Below are positions 39,708-52,431 of a stretch of 64,000 nt of DNA, one piece after another. The notes beneath the pieces were generated by a model that searched no databases, was not told the DNA's origin, and saw only the letters and a list, made by a program, of their open reading frames with translations. The DNA comes from Trichoplax adhaerens (lineage: Eukaryota; Animalia; Placozoa). A program made the position numbers and the translations under genes. The stretch lies in NCBI RefSeq assembly GCF_000150275.1, contig NW_002060944.1, positions 2,766,152 to 2,830,151 on the forward strand, read 5' to 3'. Positions within the stretch are counted from its first letter, which is position 1. Every line of letters starts with the position of its first letter.

Positions 39708-42700
39708 TTAAATCAAACGTTCTCTAGGTGGTAATTTGCTCATGTCAGCCATATGAAATCGTCCAAATTCCTCTTGCTTACTAGGATTAAATCGGCCCTG
39801 TTTTGCACGATTCTTTATAACAACGTAGACAACAATAATGATTACAATTAAAATAAAACCAGTTACTCCCATTGCAATGCCAATAGTAGCGCCTACGTCT
39901 AAACCACCTGTAGTAGTAGTGGTAGTTGGAGTTGAAGTGGTTGGTGGTATACATATATAAGAACCATTGGTATTGTTGCATTGTGCTTCTGCAGAGCATA
40001 CTGCTGGAAGTCTTGTACATTCATTAATATCATTTTGACATAGTCTACCTTCCCATCCTGTTTTACAGGTGCAGTTATAGCCATCAAGGCAGCTAGGATC
40101 AGATTTACATAGTATGCATGTACCACTATTAAAACACGGCGAATTTGCAGTGCAGATATTGAATTCTGTACAGTTCTGACCAAAATAGTTACTTTCACAA
40201 GAGCAATTATAACTACTATCATTAGCATGAAAGTTACAGGTACTATTTTGGCATGGCATATAGTATTGGCAAGTGTTTTGACTGCAGTTCTTATTATGAT
40301 AGCCTTGGGCACATTTACATGTGTACGAACCTATCATATTATTACAAATTGCACCATTTTGACATGGTCCAGCTCCTCCAGCACACTCATCAATATCCTG
40401 ACCACAATTTTGACCGGTATATCCACTATTACAGGCGCAACTATAACTACCTATCGTATTTGTGCAACTTCCATGAATACACGGATTGTCGTTACATTCA
40501 TCAATATCTAATTCACAAGTGGTACCATTATATTCATTAGGACACGAGCAATTATAGCCACCTAAATAAGGATTACATGTTCCATTATTAAGACAAGGAG
40601 ATGAAATACAAAAATTTACCTGCGTTTCACAATTATTTCCGGTATAAACTGATGAACATGTACAATTATAACTAGCAAGTAAATCTGTGCAGGTACCATT
40701 ATTAGCGCATGGATTAGACGCACATTCGTTAATGTTATTTTGACAGCTTGTACCATTGAAACCATTAGGACACGCACAATTAAATAAATTGAATAGATCA
40801 CTACAGGTGCCATTATTTTGGCATGGATTAGCATCACATACTCGGTTGCCTTGGCATCCGACCAAAACATTGAGTTGATTAACAGCAGTAAAACGATCAG
40901 AAGGGTTCGGTGTATCGCCATTGAGGATATGAATAACTTGATTTTTTACTAATGGTAATAGATGAGAATTTAATCGAATGTTTTCCAAGCAGCCTATCAT
41001 CCCAAATGGAAACGTTGGTAATGAATCAAATGTCTGTAGTGCATTCTTATCGACGTCGCCTATTACAATAAAGTTGCCTAGCTTTTGGACATTTACTTGA
41101 TTAGCATTATTAGTTGTTATGGGCGCCAGTACATCTACGGCTAATGCTGCAGTATTACCATTGACAGTAAATGAAACGTTGTGCCACTGACCATCATTAA
41201 ACGTAGTTGTATTTTGTGAAAGTGTGATATTGTCGTTACCAAAATTAAAACGAACATTAACTCCATCGCTCGTAATGCCGAATATTATCCATGTGGAACC
41301 GGTGTCACTATTTAAAGTCAGTATATTAGCATTTACAGATCTTGAGCGAAATCGGAACTGAATACTTTTCCATAAATCACCAACTAGGTTTAAGTTCGCT
41401 AGGTAGTATTCAAAGCTGGTTTGCGAACTTAATGTGGCACTTGACTGGCCTATCAAATCAAAAATCACACATTACGTTAGATGACTACGAGAAGTGGATA
41501 TTAAATTATTTCACTCTTATGAAAATATAGTGTACAATTCTGGTTAATTTCTACCTAATAAAACATGTAATATAAATTATTCAGCGTTAATGCTTTCTCA
41601 GGTCATAAGATAAGGTATTGACTACGACTTTTAGTAAATTTTACAGGAGTTATATTATATTACTTTGCAAATGTAAATCAGTAGTTTCTACTGTAAAGCA
41701 GTAAAAGCTGACCTAATATCATCTCAATTATAGAAAGATATCTATTTATCGCAGAAATCTTCAAATTATGCTAATAAAACATCTCATGCAATCTACCTTG
41801 TTAGCAATTTAAGCACATCGCTTAATTCAGCAAAGTGATGTAAGTGACCACTAAATTATAGATACTGTTTCCAGTTACATTGCTTAATCTGTAACTGCTT
41901 ATTTTTATGATAACTTACATTCATATCCGCCTGCAATGTTGATACAGCTGCCGTTATTACACGGATTATTAGCACAATAATTGATATTGCTGCAATTTTG
42001 ACCGGAAATAAAGTTCGGACATGAACAGCTATATTGGTTAAATAAGTCAATACAAGTGCTATTATTATTACATGGCGACGGCTGGCATACAGAGTTGCCT
42101 GTGCAATTTATAGTTACGCCTTGCGATGAAATCGGTAATTGATCCAGATTCAGTGTCATAGAATCATCTTGAAAGGCAAACTGACGATTATTAACTTTTA
42201 TATCTGATAAGCAACCATGCAACGTTATTGTTTGTGTAATAGCTTCAACTGGTACAAGCAAATTGTTAGCCACGGCACCAACAAAAAATTTCATAGTTGC
42301 TATTTTCGAAATATTGCTTGAAACTGCGGTAGTTAGTTGGCCATCAACAAGTAGAGATAATTGCTGATTTTGGAAGTAAACCTGAACGCTATGAAAAACC
42401 GAAACATTTCCATCTGAAATTGAATTATTTGACTGTAACCGCACAACATTCCCATCCGCACCAAGGTTTGCCATAATATAGCCATTATTTAATTCGACGG
42501 AGACGAAACTGTTATTCGTATTGGACTTGGTATCATTTGCTCCAAGGTACATGATAAAACTATTTGATTGTCGTGTTCGAATTCTGAATGACAATTGTAA
42601 CGCTGTTAAGGCACCTAACATGGACGCATTCAATTCTGCATAGCTTTTAATACCATTGTTACCAAAGGAAGCAGGCAAATTCCCTAATTTACGATATAAA

Positions 42701-45700
42701 TTGGATTAGTCATTGTTATCAGGCTGCCAAATCACATGAGCTATATATATATTCAAATTGTTCAAAAATTACTACGAATTCGAAAATACACGGCTTACTA
42801 ATAGTGCAGTTTGTTCCTGCCCATCCAGTATTGCAGCTGCATCTATAACTATTCCATTCAGCAATGCAATTGCCATTTGCACAAGAGGACGTCTGACACC
42901 CTGAGCTATTAGTGCAACTTTGCTGAATGGCAGCGTTGCTCGTAGATCCGTTACTATTAAAAAATAAGTTGCTATTATCATATTTAATATTACGCATGCA
43001 TCCAGTGTAATTAGAAGATGTCGATGTAGATGTGGCTAAAAGGCGTCTAACAGTCGGTATAACCGGTGCAGATCCGCCAAAGTAGAGGGCACTGACTTGA
43101 GGTAAGGTAGATCCTGCGACAGGTGTTGATGCTTGACATGGCAGCCCGGACGAGCCGGTAACAGCTAAAGTAATGCTGGAAGAAGTCGAGGAGAATGCGA
43201 TATCACTCCAACTTGAGTAAATTACACCGCAATCGACGCTTACAGTAAGAATCCCATTATTAGTTGTCAATGCTGCCGTTATAATACCATTATTCATACT
43301 AATAGTTAAGGCACTACTACCTCCTGATTGAACAAGGATTGAGTCGCTGGTAGTAGAATCTGTTATAATCGAAAACTGCAAGCTAATCTGATTACTTGGG
43401 ATCACAGCAAAGGCTGTAACTGCATCGTTATTAAAGTTAGCAGATACAGTATAATTGCACCAGGTTCCGGTATATTCCGCAGAACAAAGACATCTGAATA
43501 AGCCAGGTCCATTTGAAACGCAAGTTGCTCCATTTAAACATGGATTACTATTACAAGCCATAATTTCTTGATCACAGATTGTTCCATTCCATCCAAAAGC
43601 ACACTGACATGAATAACTGTTAAGATGATCATTACATGTAGCACCGTTTAAACATGGATTAGACGAACACTCATTAATATTAGTTTCACATATTACTCCT
43701 GTAGAACCATTTAGACATTGACAGTTATAGCCGTTGACTTGATCTTGACAAACGCCTGAGTTTTGACATGGGTTAGACTGACATTCATTAATATTAGTTT
43801 GGCATCTATCACCAGTGTAGCCAGGGCTGCATGAACAGTTATAGCCTATCGGATTACTGCTACTCATAGTTAATGATGATAGATCCATACAATTACCATT
43901 AACGCAAGGATTTGGATTACAGAAATCGATGCGGCTGCTACAATTTTGGCCAGTATAGGCAAAACTACAAGAACACTTATAGCCAAAACCTGTATCAGTA
44001 CAATTAGCACTATTAACACATGGATTAGGTTGGCAATACTGGATAGAGGATTCACAATTTAAGCCAGTATAATTAGGTAGGCAGTCACATCTGTAGCTAT
44101 TGGATAATTCAATGCATGAACCACCGTTCGTACAAGGCTGATTTCTACAGTAGAAAACTCTTTGCTCACAATGAGTCCCATTATAGCCATCGGCACAACT
44201 GCAATTGTAAGAATTTATACCATCAAAGCAGGTTCCGTTATTTTGGCAAGGCATTGATTGGCACTCATTAATATTAGTTTCGCACCGGGTTCCAGTAAAG
44301 CCTACATTGCAATTACACTTATATGAACCAACTTGAGATTGACAACTACCATATTGGCAAGGATTAGAAATGCAAAAGTTAACTTGAAACGTGCAATAAT
44401 CACCACTCCAACCATTAGGACATAAGCACTCTGCTTTATTCAGATTGTAATTTGTTCGACAGCTACCGCCATTTTGGCAAATGTTCGGATTTGGGGCACA
44501 TAAATCAAGTCTTGTCTCACAGTTAGTTCCATTAAAAGCTGTTGTACAATTACAGCTGTAACCGCCAAGAAAGTTGTTGCATAAACCTCCATTGAGGCAA
44601 GGATTGCTACTGGTATTACATTCATTAAAATCTAAATCACAATTTTTACCTGTGTAACCAGACAAACAGTTACATTTGTAGTCATTAATGAAGTCAGTGC
44701 AATTTCCATTATTTTGACAAGGATTAATTTGACATTCATTGATTTCAACTTCACAACGTGAACCATTGAAACCAGCAAAACAGGTGCAGTTGAAGTAGTC
44801 AACGTAATGTTGGCATGTGCCATTTACGCACGGATTGGATTGACATTCATTAATATCAGATTCGCAGTTACTGCCGGTATAACCATTTAAACAATCACAA
44901 GTATAGAAGTTAATCTGATCAACGCAACTACCGCCATTGACACAAGGTGATGAGCTACACTCATTAATTTCAAAGCAAGAGCCGTTAGTTTCTTCGCTAT
45001 AGCCAGGTTGACATTGACATGTATAATTATTTATTCCATCTAAACAAACAGTATTAAGCTCAGTACAAGGATTAGGCTCGCAATCATTTATATTTGCCTG
45101 GCAAAATGTGCCATTGAAGCCAACTGAACAGGTGCAGTTAAAACCATTAATGTCATCAACACAAGTTCCACCATTTTGACACGGCTGACTCTGGCACTCA
45201 TTAATATTTGTTGTACAATTTCTATCAGTATATCCAGGATTGCACTGACATTGATAGCTTCCTACTGTATTTATGCAATTGCCAAATTGGCATGGTGAAC
45301 TTTCCGCACACTCATTTATATCGGTAGTACAATTTTTACCTTTGTAACCGGTGTTTCCACAATTACATGAATAAGTTCCTCCAGGTTGTGTTGGATTGCT
45401 ACATTGTCCGTTATTTTGGCATATTCCAGGATAGATATTACAGTACAGAGTAATATTCGAGAATTGACAATTAGAACCGAAATAAATATACTCTTGGCAG
45501 TTACAACGATAAGTTGCGCCTGTAGATGGTGGTGGGACAATGTTACTACAAGTGCCATTATTCTGGCAAGGATTCGAAGTACAGAAATTGATGTATTCAG
45601 CACATGTTCTACCTGTATATCCAGTCTTACAAATACAGGTATAATTATTTCCATTATCAGTATTAAGACAAACAGCACTTCCAACAGAATTACAGGGATT

Positions 45701-46592
45701 TCTAGTACATGCTGCTCCCAAGTCGGTTTCACATCTTATCCCTGTATAGCGTGGTCCACAGTAACAGAAATAGTCATTAACTAAATTAAAGCACTGCTTT
45801 ATACCCTTATTTGCTACCTCCGGAATTTTACTACATGGATTATCGCCGCATAATTGCACCTTGTCTTGACAGTAGCTACTTGGATTAATATAACCAGTTG
45901 GACAAACACCTAGTAATTGACAAAACACTGATAATTAAAAGAATTTTACCTAATATGCTAGACGGTAAATGTAATTTACAAATCAATAAGTAGAATGAGA
46001 GTAACTAAGCTATATACATTACCATTTGTAACATTTGGAGTACAACCGGGCGAACATTGCCAAACAATATTCGAACTGTTTTGAGAATTAGCAAAGACTG
46101 ATTGATTCATACAACCATTATATTCAGCTGAAATTATATTATCTCTGATCTTTCCGCCAAATAATGCTTGTCCAACCGGTTGAAAGCTTGAAAAGGAATC
46201 GTTCACTAGAAGGTCATTATTACCAGTACCAAACTGAGCTATAACACTGAAGTTACCGGAGTAACCAGAGTTACTTATACCGCTTGGGGCAAATCGGATC
46301 GTATTCCAATTACTATCATGTAAATTTAGTCCAGCCTGTATGCGATACGTTATACCACTGGAAGTTGTCCATTGTAGGACAGCAACGCCACTTGACAACT
46401 GAATAGAGATATTTGATAGCCCAGCTCCAGGTTGGTAAACAAGGGTCTGCGTAGGATAGCAAGTTTTAAATGTGATACTGAAAGTGTTGTTAGGATTAAA
46501 TTGATCATCGACAATATAAGATGAGCCAGAGAAATAGGCCAGATTGGATTGACCATGGATTACATTGTTAGAGTACAGCAATGATATAGAAT
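39708..46592 (-). CDS. crb: Crumbs-family paralogue B (canonical-like): LamG, ~21 EGF, LamG-EGF-LamG-2EGF-LamG, ~8 EGF, TM, 35-aa tail ending ERLI; >2060 aa; exons 46592-46023, 45909-42799, 42683-41919, 41449-39708; first (signal) exon unresolved
   Basis: Tail KNRAKQGRFNPSKQEEFGRFHMADMSKLPPRERLI matches the Crumbs consensus. The three-LamG block includes the Crumbs-typical truncated EGF (GGYEC running directly into LamG). TM GATIGIAMGVTGFILIVIIIVVYVVI. Confidence 0.92.
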
Positions 46593-49500
46593 CTGAAAAT
46601 AAAGGTATTCAATTTATCATTAATCTATAATTTTACTGGATGATGTTAACTTTGTTAGGAACATCTAAATCGAATATGTTGCAATTGGTAGATAGCCACT
46701 GTCTATCGTATTTATGTTCCGTTAATTATATATTATGCGCGTAAATATTTTGTTACGTTAGTAATAAATGACTAGAGTTATATAACTATTTGTAATTGTA
46801 GCCATAAAATACTTACTCTCATACAAGATGCGTAAGATTTCGATAAATGAAACAGATATTGAACTTATATTTCATATTATAGTAATAAGTATTTCAAATA
46901 GCAGTTAATATTGCATTTTATTAAAAGCTGTTTCTTAATATGAACATCCGAACACTTTGCATAAATGCGACGCCCTTACCCAGTGTTGTTATTCTGTATT
47001 AGAGATGGAAACAGTAATAGATGAATTTTAGAGCTAAATTATGGTTACTAGGGCGAAGAGTAGGAGAGTAGCAGTAGTTCAATCATAAATAGCTTAAAAT
47101 AAGAGAGTAGCACTTTTAAAAGGTGTTATTTAGTAAGATATATGACCGAAGATTTCGTAATTTCTACTTCGTCGGCTTAGGTGTTTTGTAATAAAATAAA
47201 ATTCAAGTCCATGTCTTTTGCTATGTGCTGTTTCATAGCAAAATTGAGTTTGAAATACCTTTACTATTATAAGCCTCACATACCTTGGTGTCATTAACAT
47301 TCAATAACGAGATTTATTAATTCTACTGCATAGCTTACTATAATTTGACAATTGCAGGATATAATAGAGGCATACTAACATTTTAAAAATGTTATTATAA
47401 GTTCTGTAAGTTTTCACGCAGATTAGTGTGTGTTAGTAAATGAACAAGAAAGGTTATGCGAATATATATATATATCTGCTCATAGGGTTTATCCTTTACT
47501 GATATTATTATTAGTTTACGATTTGCAATGCACATTAACCATAAATTACAAATTGAATAGGACAGCTAGAAATAGATATCGGTATATCGAAGAAATATTT
47601 TTGTTTGGTATATTTATCATAAAAATCAGTAAATCCTCAAACTTTCTTTTATTATTACCAACTATGAGGCCTACTACTAATATATTCCTTTTCAAAACAG
47701 TAGAAATTATACAGACGACTCCTGATGATCAATTGTTTTAACAGCAAAAAGTATGTATTATCTTTAAGAAATGATAGCCTTTATTTATTTTTCCTCTTGC
47801 TAAAGCAAAGATCTATGTAAAATGAAGGCGCAATAAAATGTGCTATGACATCGTATCTAGGCCGTCAAAATTGTGGACACTAATTTTAAAGTTCTAATTT
47901 TGAGACTGACTAGTACTATCTCATACCTGCGCCTATGACAGGTGCTACATCTTGCAATGCTCTAAGCAGTACTATACATTCTACGTTTATGAATTTAAAT
48001 ATTGGATTTTATGAAGTATACGTGCACATTTACCCACTTATAAATGTCCAAACCCCGCAATCGTGTTTTCAATACAGTAAAAAGGGATACCTAATTTAAG
48101 GCTATACAGTTAGTCAAAACCTTAATTATACGCCGTCCTAAGTATCAATAGTAACCTGGAATAAGGTGGAACTACGATAAAGCTTTTTAACCGCAAACAA
48201 TTTTTGAGAGTCCCACTATTTCATCACTAACTATCAATATATTGGTGTCACTATCTAGGGCATTTCTTGAATAAAGATCAGTAACGCTGTTTTGTGTTTG
48301 ATTTTCTTTTGATTATTAATTATTTCGCTACATTTGTAGTATGTTTATGTTTGTGATCATAATACTCTAGTAAATTTGATTTCTTGCACTAAAACTAAAG
48401 AAAATAACCCTATAATTAAAGTATTTTACCTAATTAAAGTTTAGTCAAATGAAACTACGAAACTTAGTAGTTACACCATTAAGCTGATGATGAGAAATTT
48501 ACCGTAAGAATAAATCTTAGTTAGTAATCAGAATAATTAAGTAATGCTTATATATGTACAGTACGTGGCTAGTCTCAAATTTAGAACTTATTTGTGGTAT
48601 AGGTCAAAGTATATTCGTACCTATGCTACGGCCTATTTTTTACTAAATTGTCAAATACTGTACTAAAAGTTTTCAAATCCAATTTGTAACAAGACTGGTT
48701 ATCAAATAGCTACTTCCATGGTAAACTATAGATAAAATTAACGTTATTTGGCAAAATTTATTGCAGTATAACCTGCTACAGCCTATAAGTAAGATATTCC
48801 TTTAAAAATATCACTTGCTCGTAATCACCGTACTTTAATGAATCTAAATCTATGGATTGAATATTTACTTTTGCATTGGAAAGGACATACTTCTATTACT
48901 TAATAGGAAGACTTATAAATTCATTACCCAAGCTTTCATATCATCATATTTTAACTAGCATTATATGTTACTATGTACAAGTGAAATAAAGCTAAGTTAT
49001 AGCTATTCCTACATTAATAACACTGTACGTGGTACGACGTTCATACTTCCATTTTTATCATCGAAACCTTTATGGAGAGAGGTTGAGATAACAAAGGAAA
49101 CGCGAATTATATCAAGTGCACCATTTAGGTAAAGTATACAGTATATCATTCAAGCTAATTGAATGCATATGCTGGAGTGTTGTTTACAGTGCCAATATAA
49201 CCTTACCATCGAAACGCCACAAAAAATCGAAATTAGTCCTGATGTCAATTCATTACATAGTAAAGTATTACCTTCAAGAGTGCTTAAATGTAATGAGCTT
49301 TGGTTAACTCTAAAAAATGATACTGCAATTAATTCGTCTAAATGCTATCAATAACTACGTATATTTGTCAGTATGTGATGACGTTTAGACCGTCTAGAAC
49401 TGCTATGCATTTCTCGAACAAGTTAAAAACATATACATGAATATCACCATAACTACTGGAGTACCATTTTCTGCCTTCATCAACTTCAGGAAGTCAAACA

Positions 49501-50590
49501 AGATAACTCGATAGACGTTTTATTTCATAAGAATATACTTTAACTTACACAAGAATAGTATTGCTGTCCAGGGATGAAATTTCATCTTCATTTCGACCAT
49601 AGAATAACGGGAGAATACGTGCAACCACTTTTCAGGTAATAAAATCAACTGAATTCAAAATCTAGACAGTGATTACTACAATATTACTTCTAAGTAGAAA
49701 TTTGCAATTATTCACTTGACTTGGACGCTTCTGTCTAAAATCTAGATTAATTCTTGCAATTTCGCCATATGACGATCAATATTAAACTAATAATTCTATT
49801 TCCAGTAATATAGTATCAATGCTACTGTTTTTGAAGAGGATTCAAAAAGTTTTTGATGGTACTCTTACTCTTATCACTTACTAACTAGTTGAGTAATATT
49901 GGACTAGGATCACTAGTATAATCGACTAGTAACTTTATTATCCGTTTCCACATTTAGATATAACGGTACTGTCCTGTTGATATATCAACTAAGCGCAGTA
50001 CTTTCAAGACCTCTTATTGGCTAACGGGTTTTGATTGCGATGATTATTTCAGCCCTACTACGCTGCATACTGTACAGTACTAATCGGTACTATTCGGTCT
50101 ATACCGTGCCATGTTGAGGTAATGTTAATTTATTATTATTCCAACTATAATATGGGAAGTGCCTATGAGTCACGCTTTGGTTTCTATGCTTTGGACATTT
50201 GAGCATGACGCATGCGAGATGGTGGGGCACGCTTTGTGTAAGCTGTAGGGTGGAGTCGTTTAGCCGTGAGTCTCGAGGTATGGTTGGTTGTAAATTACCT
50301 TGTAGACATTGGTGATTCATCTGATCACGTCATGAATAATAAGTTCCATGGTACGGAGTATTTATAATTTAGTTTATTAGTCAATTGTTTCTTTAAAATA
50401 TACGAAGAAGATAAATGCCCTTGCGCTTACTGTTAGCACAGTACTATATAATTTTGCTTCGCATTAGCCGTCTATTAATTTTAGGGTTATGGTTCTAAAG
50501 CCGCTTGGTGTACAGTATGTGGTTCATGTAGTAAGAGTGAAACGAATTAAAAGCATCGAAAATTTTTTGATTCCCATGAGACGCCTTAAA

Positions 50591-51051
50591 TACTGTAGCT
50601 TACTGTACTGTACTGTACTGTAGAGTAAATACAGTGGATAGTACAGTACAGTACAGTGTACAGTACAGTATACAGTACTGTACAATACAGTATGTACTGT
50701 ACAGTACAGTACAGTATAGTACTGTTACTCTAGTACAGTGTACAGTACTGTGTCATGCAGACACCACACTGTACTGTACATTACTGTACTGTACGTATAA
50801 CTGTACTGTAAAGTTGCCCATTTTGGGCCACCGTACAGTGTACTGTACAGTACAGTACTGTACAGTACCGTACTGTAAAATAAATTCATGGTACTGTACT
50901 GTACTGTACTGTACAGTACAGTACACTGTAAACTAAATTCATGGTACTGTACTGTACACAGTACTGTACTGTACAGTACAGTACTGTAAACTAAATTCAT
51001 GGTACCGTACTGTACTGTACTGTACTGTACAGTACAGTACATTATACTGTA
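50591..51051. repeat. TACAG/CTGTA pentamer low-complexity array in both orientations, with an internal 3x sub-repeat CTGTAAA(C/A)TAAATTCATGGTAC
   Basis: Seen directly; it produces the spurious YSTV/YCTV ORFs. Confidence 0.92.
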
Positions 51052-52431
51052 CTTCGCTGAAAGTACCGTAATTCATCAAGTAACAGAAACAGCAGCCAAG
51101 ATGTTAGCGTACGACGCCGTAGGTACTACAGTAATAAATATGGTACTTTACTGCTTTATACAACTAGGCACTACACAGAAGGAAATAAGTTTTGAAAAGT
51201 AGTAAAAAAAAAAAATAAAGTTTTTTAAGTCTTGATCCTTATGGAATAGCTCATACTGGACTTGCTAAATATTTCACCATGATGAAGCAAGAAAATTTAT
51301 AGTAATCCGATTTACTTTTTACTTCAAGGACTAAAAACAGTGTTATGAGCTTTATCTATACCTAATTCATACTAGAAAATATCAATGGTTTAAATTAAAT
51401 ATTGCATCAATTCAAAGTTCATCGTATTTTGCAGTTATTTATTTATTAATTTTAATATGGTAGATCTTTTATTTGCTGTTAACGTGATTTGAAAATAACT
51501 TAGTTCGCAAATACAAAGGTGGAGCTCAAAGTCGAATGACAATTAATTTATCCACAAATACTAAATATTACTTGATTGAATAGGTAATTTTAGACCAACG
51601 AATGAAAAAAGTCATCGATTATGTTATCCACAGTAAAAAATTTCATGGAATTAGTGATTGATTGCAAAAGTAACTTGATTGTTAGCCATTTGATATGAAT
51701 TATAATGCACTACAAATACGCACGCAGTAAATACGCCTGGATGATATAATTATCATATAATTATCCAACTGATGCCCAACTTTGTAATTTAGAGTTGATC
51801 GGGTGATAATTTTGTAGTAATGTACCACAGATGTACAATTTTATTCGCTAAAAACGGATACATAATAGCAGTAATTATCTTCAAAGCTTTAACAATAAAT
51901 ACGATATTTTTCGTAATCGTTACTAATAAGCTTGGTAACTCGGTAGCATAAATATGAAACCGTGCTAATGAGTTTACTGGAACTGTAATAGTGTGCTGTA
52001 ACACTCTATGAACTAACTACGGTATATTATAATGATCAAAATTCGATCATAATAATGTCGTGCAGGGAATCTACCTATGATAATTTAGTATTTAAAGTTA
52101 TGAACTTAATCCGCTTATATCAATACGCAGCGGCAATACTTCTCAGTTAGCAGTGATAGCCAGTCGCCATAATTGGCCTATTGTTGCTTCTACGAAACTT
52201 AAAATAACAATGAACGATTATAAACCGCGATAATAATCCTACCTACTGATGTACCATAGATAGATTAGCGATGCTGCAATTTGATAAATAAACACAGCTA
52301 GTTTGATATATAACAGCAACGTTGCCAGTAACTGCATATGATTATAAATGTTTTATATCAGAAATAAAGCTATAAATTTTCTTTAGTGGCTACTAGTGAA
52401 AAAAAATACTCGTTTATGAAAGCAAGTCGTT

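Noticed and set aside
31140-45784. Numerous alternative-frame and antisense ORFs over the EGF exons
   Set aside because: They are shadows of repetitive Cys/Asn/Gly codon usage with no independent coding signal.
26535-46592. Notch, Delta/Jagged or fibropellin identity for the EGF arrays
   Set aside because: No LNR, NOD, ankyrin or DSL domains were seen. LamG domains plus short GxY/FxPxxxE...RLI tails indicate Crumbs.
47339-47381. Candidate first exon of Crumbs B (MLVCLYYILQLSNY, phase-1 donor)
   Set aside because: The phase fits, but the resulting signal peptide is weak and other upstream options cannot be excluded without cDNA.
50634-51202. YSTV/YCTV-rich ORFs (also 59340-59838)
   Set aside because: These are translations of the pentamer arrays and are open in several frames on both strands.
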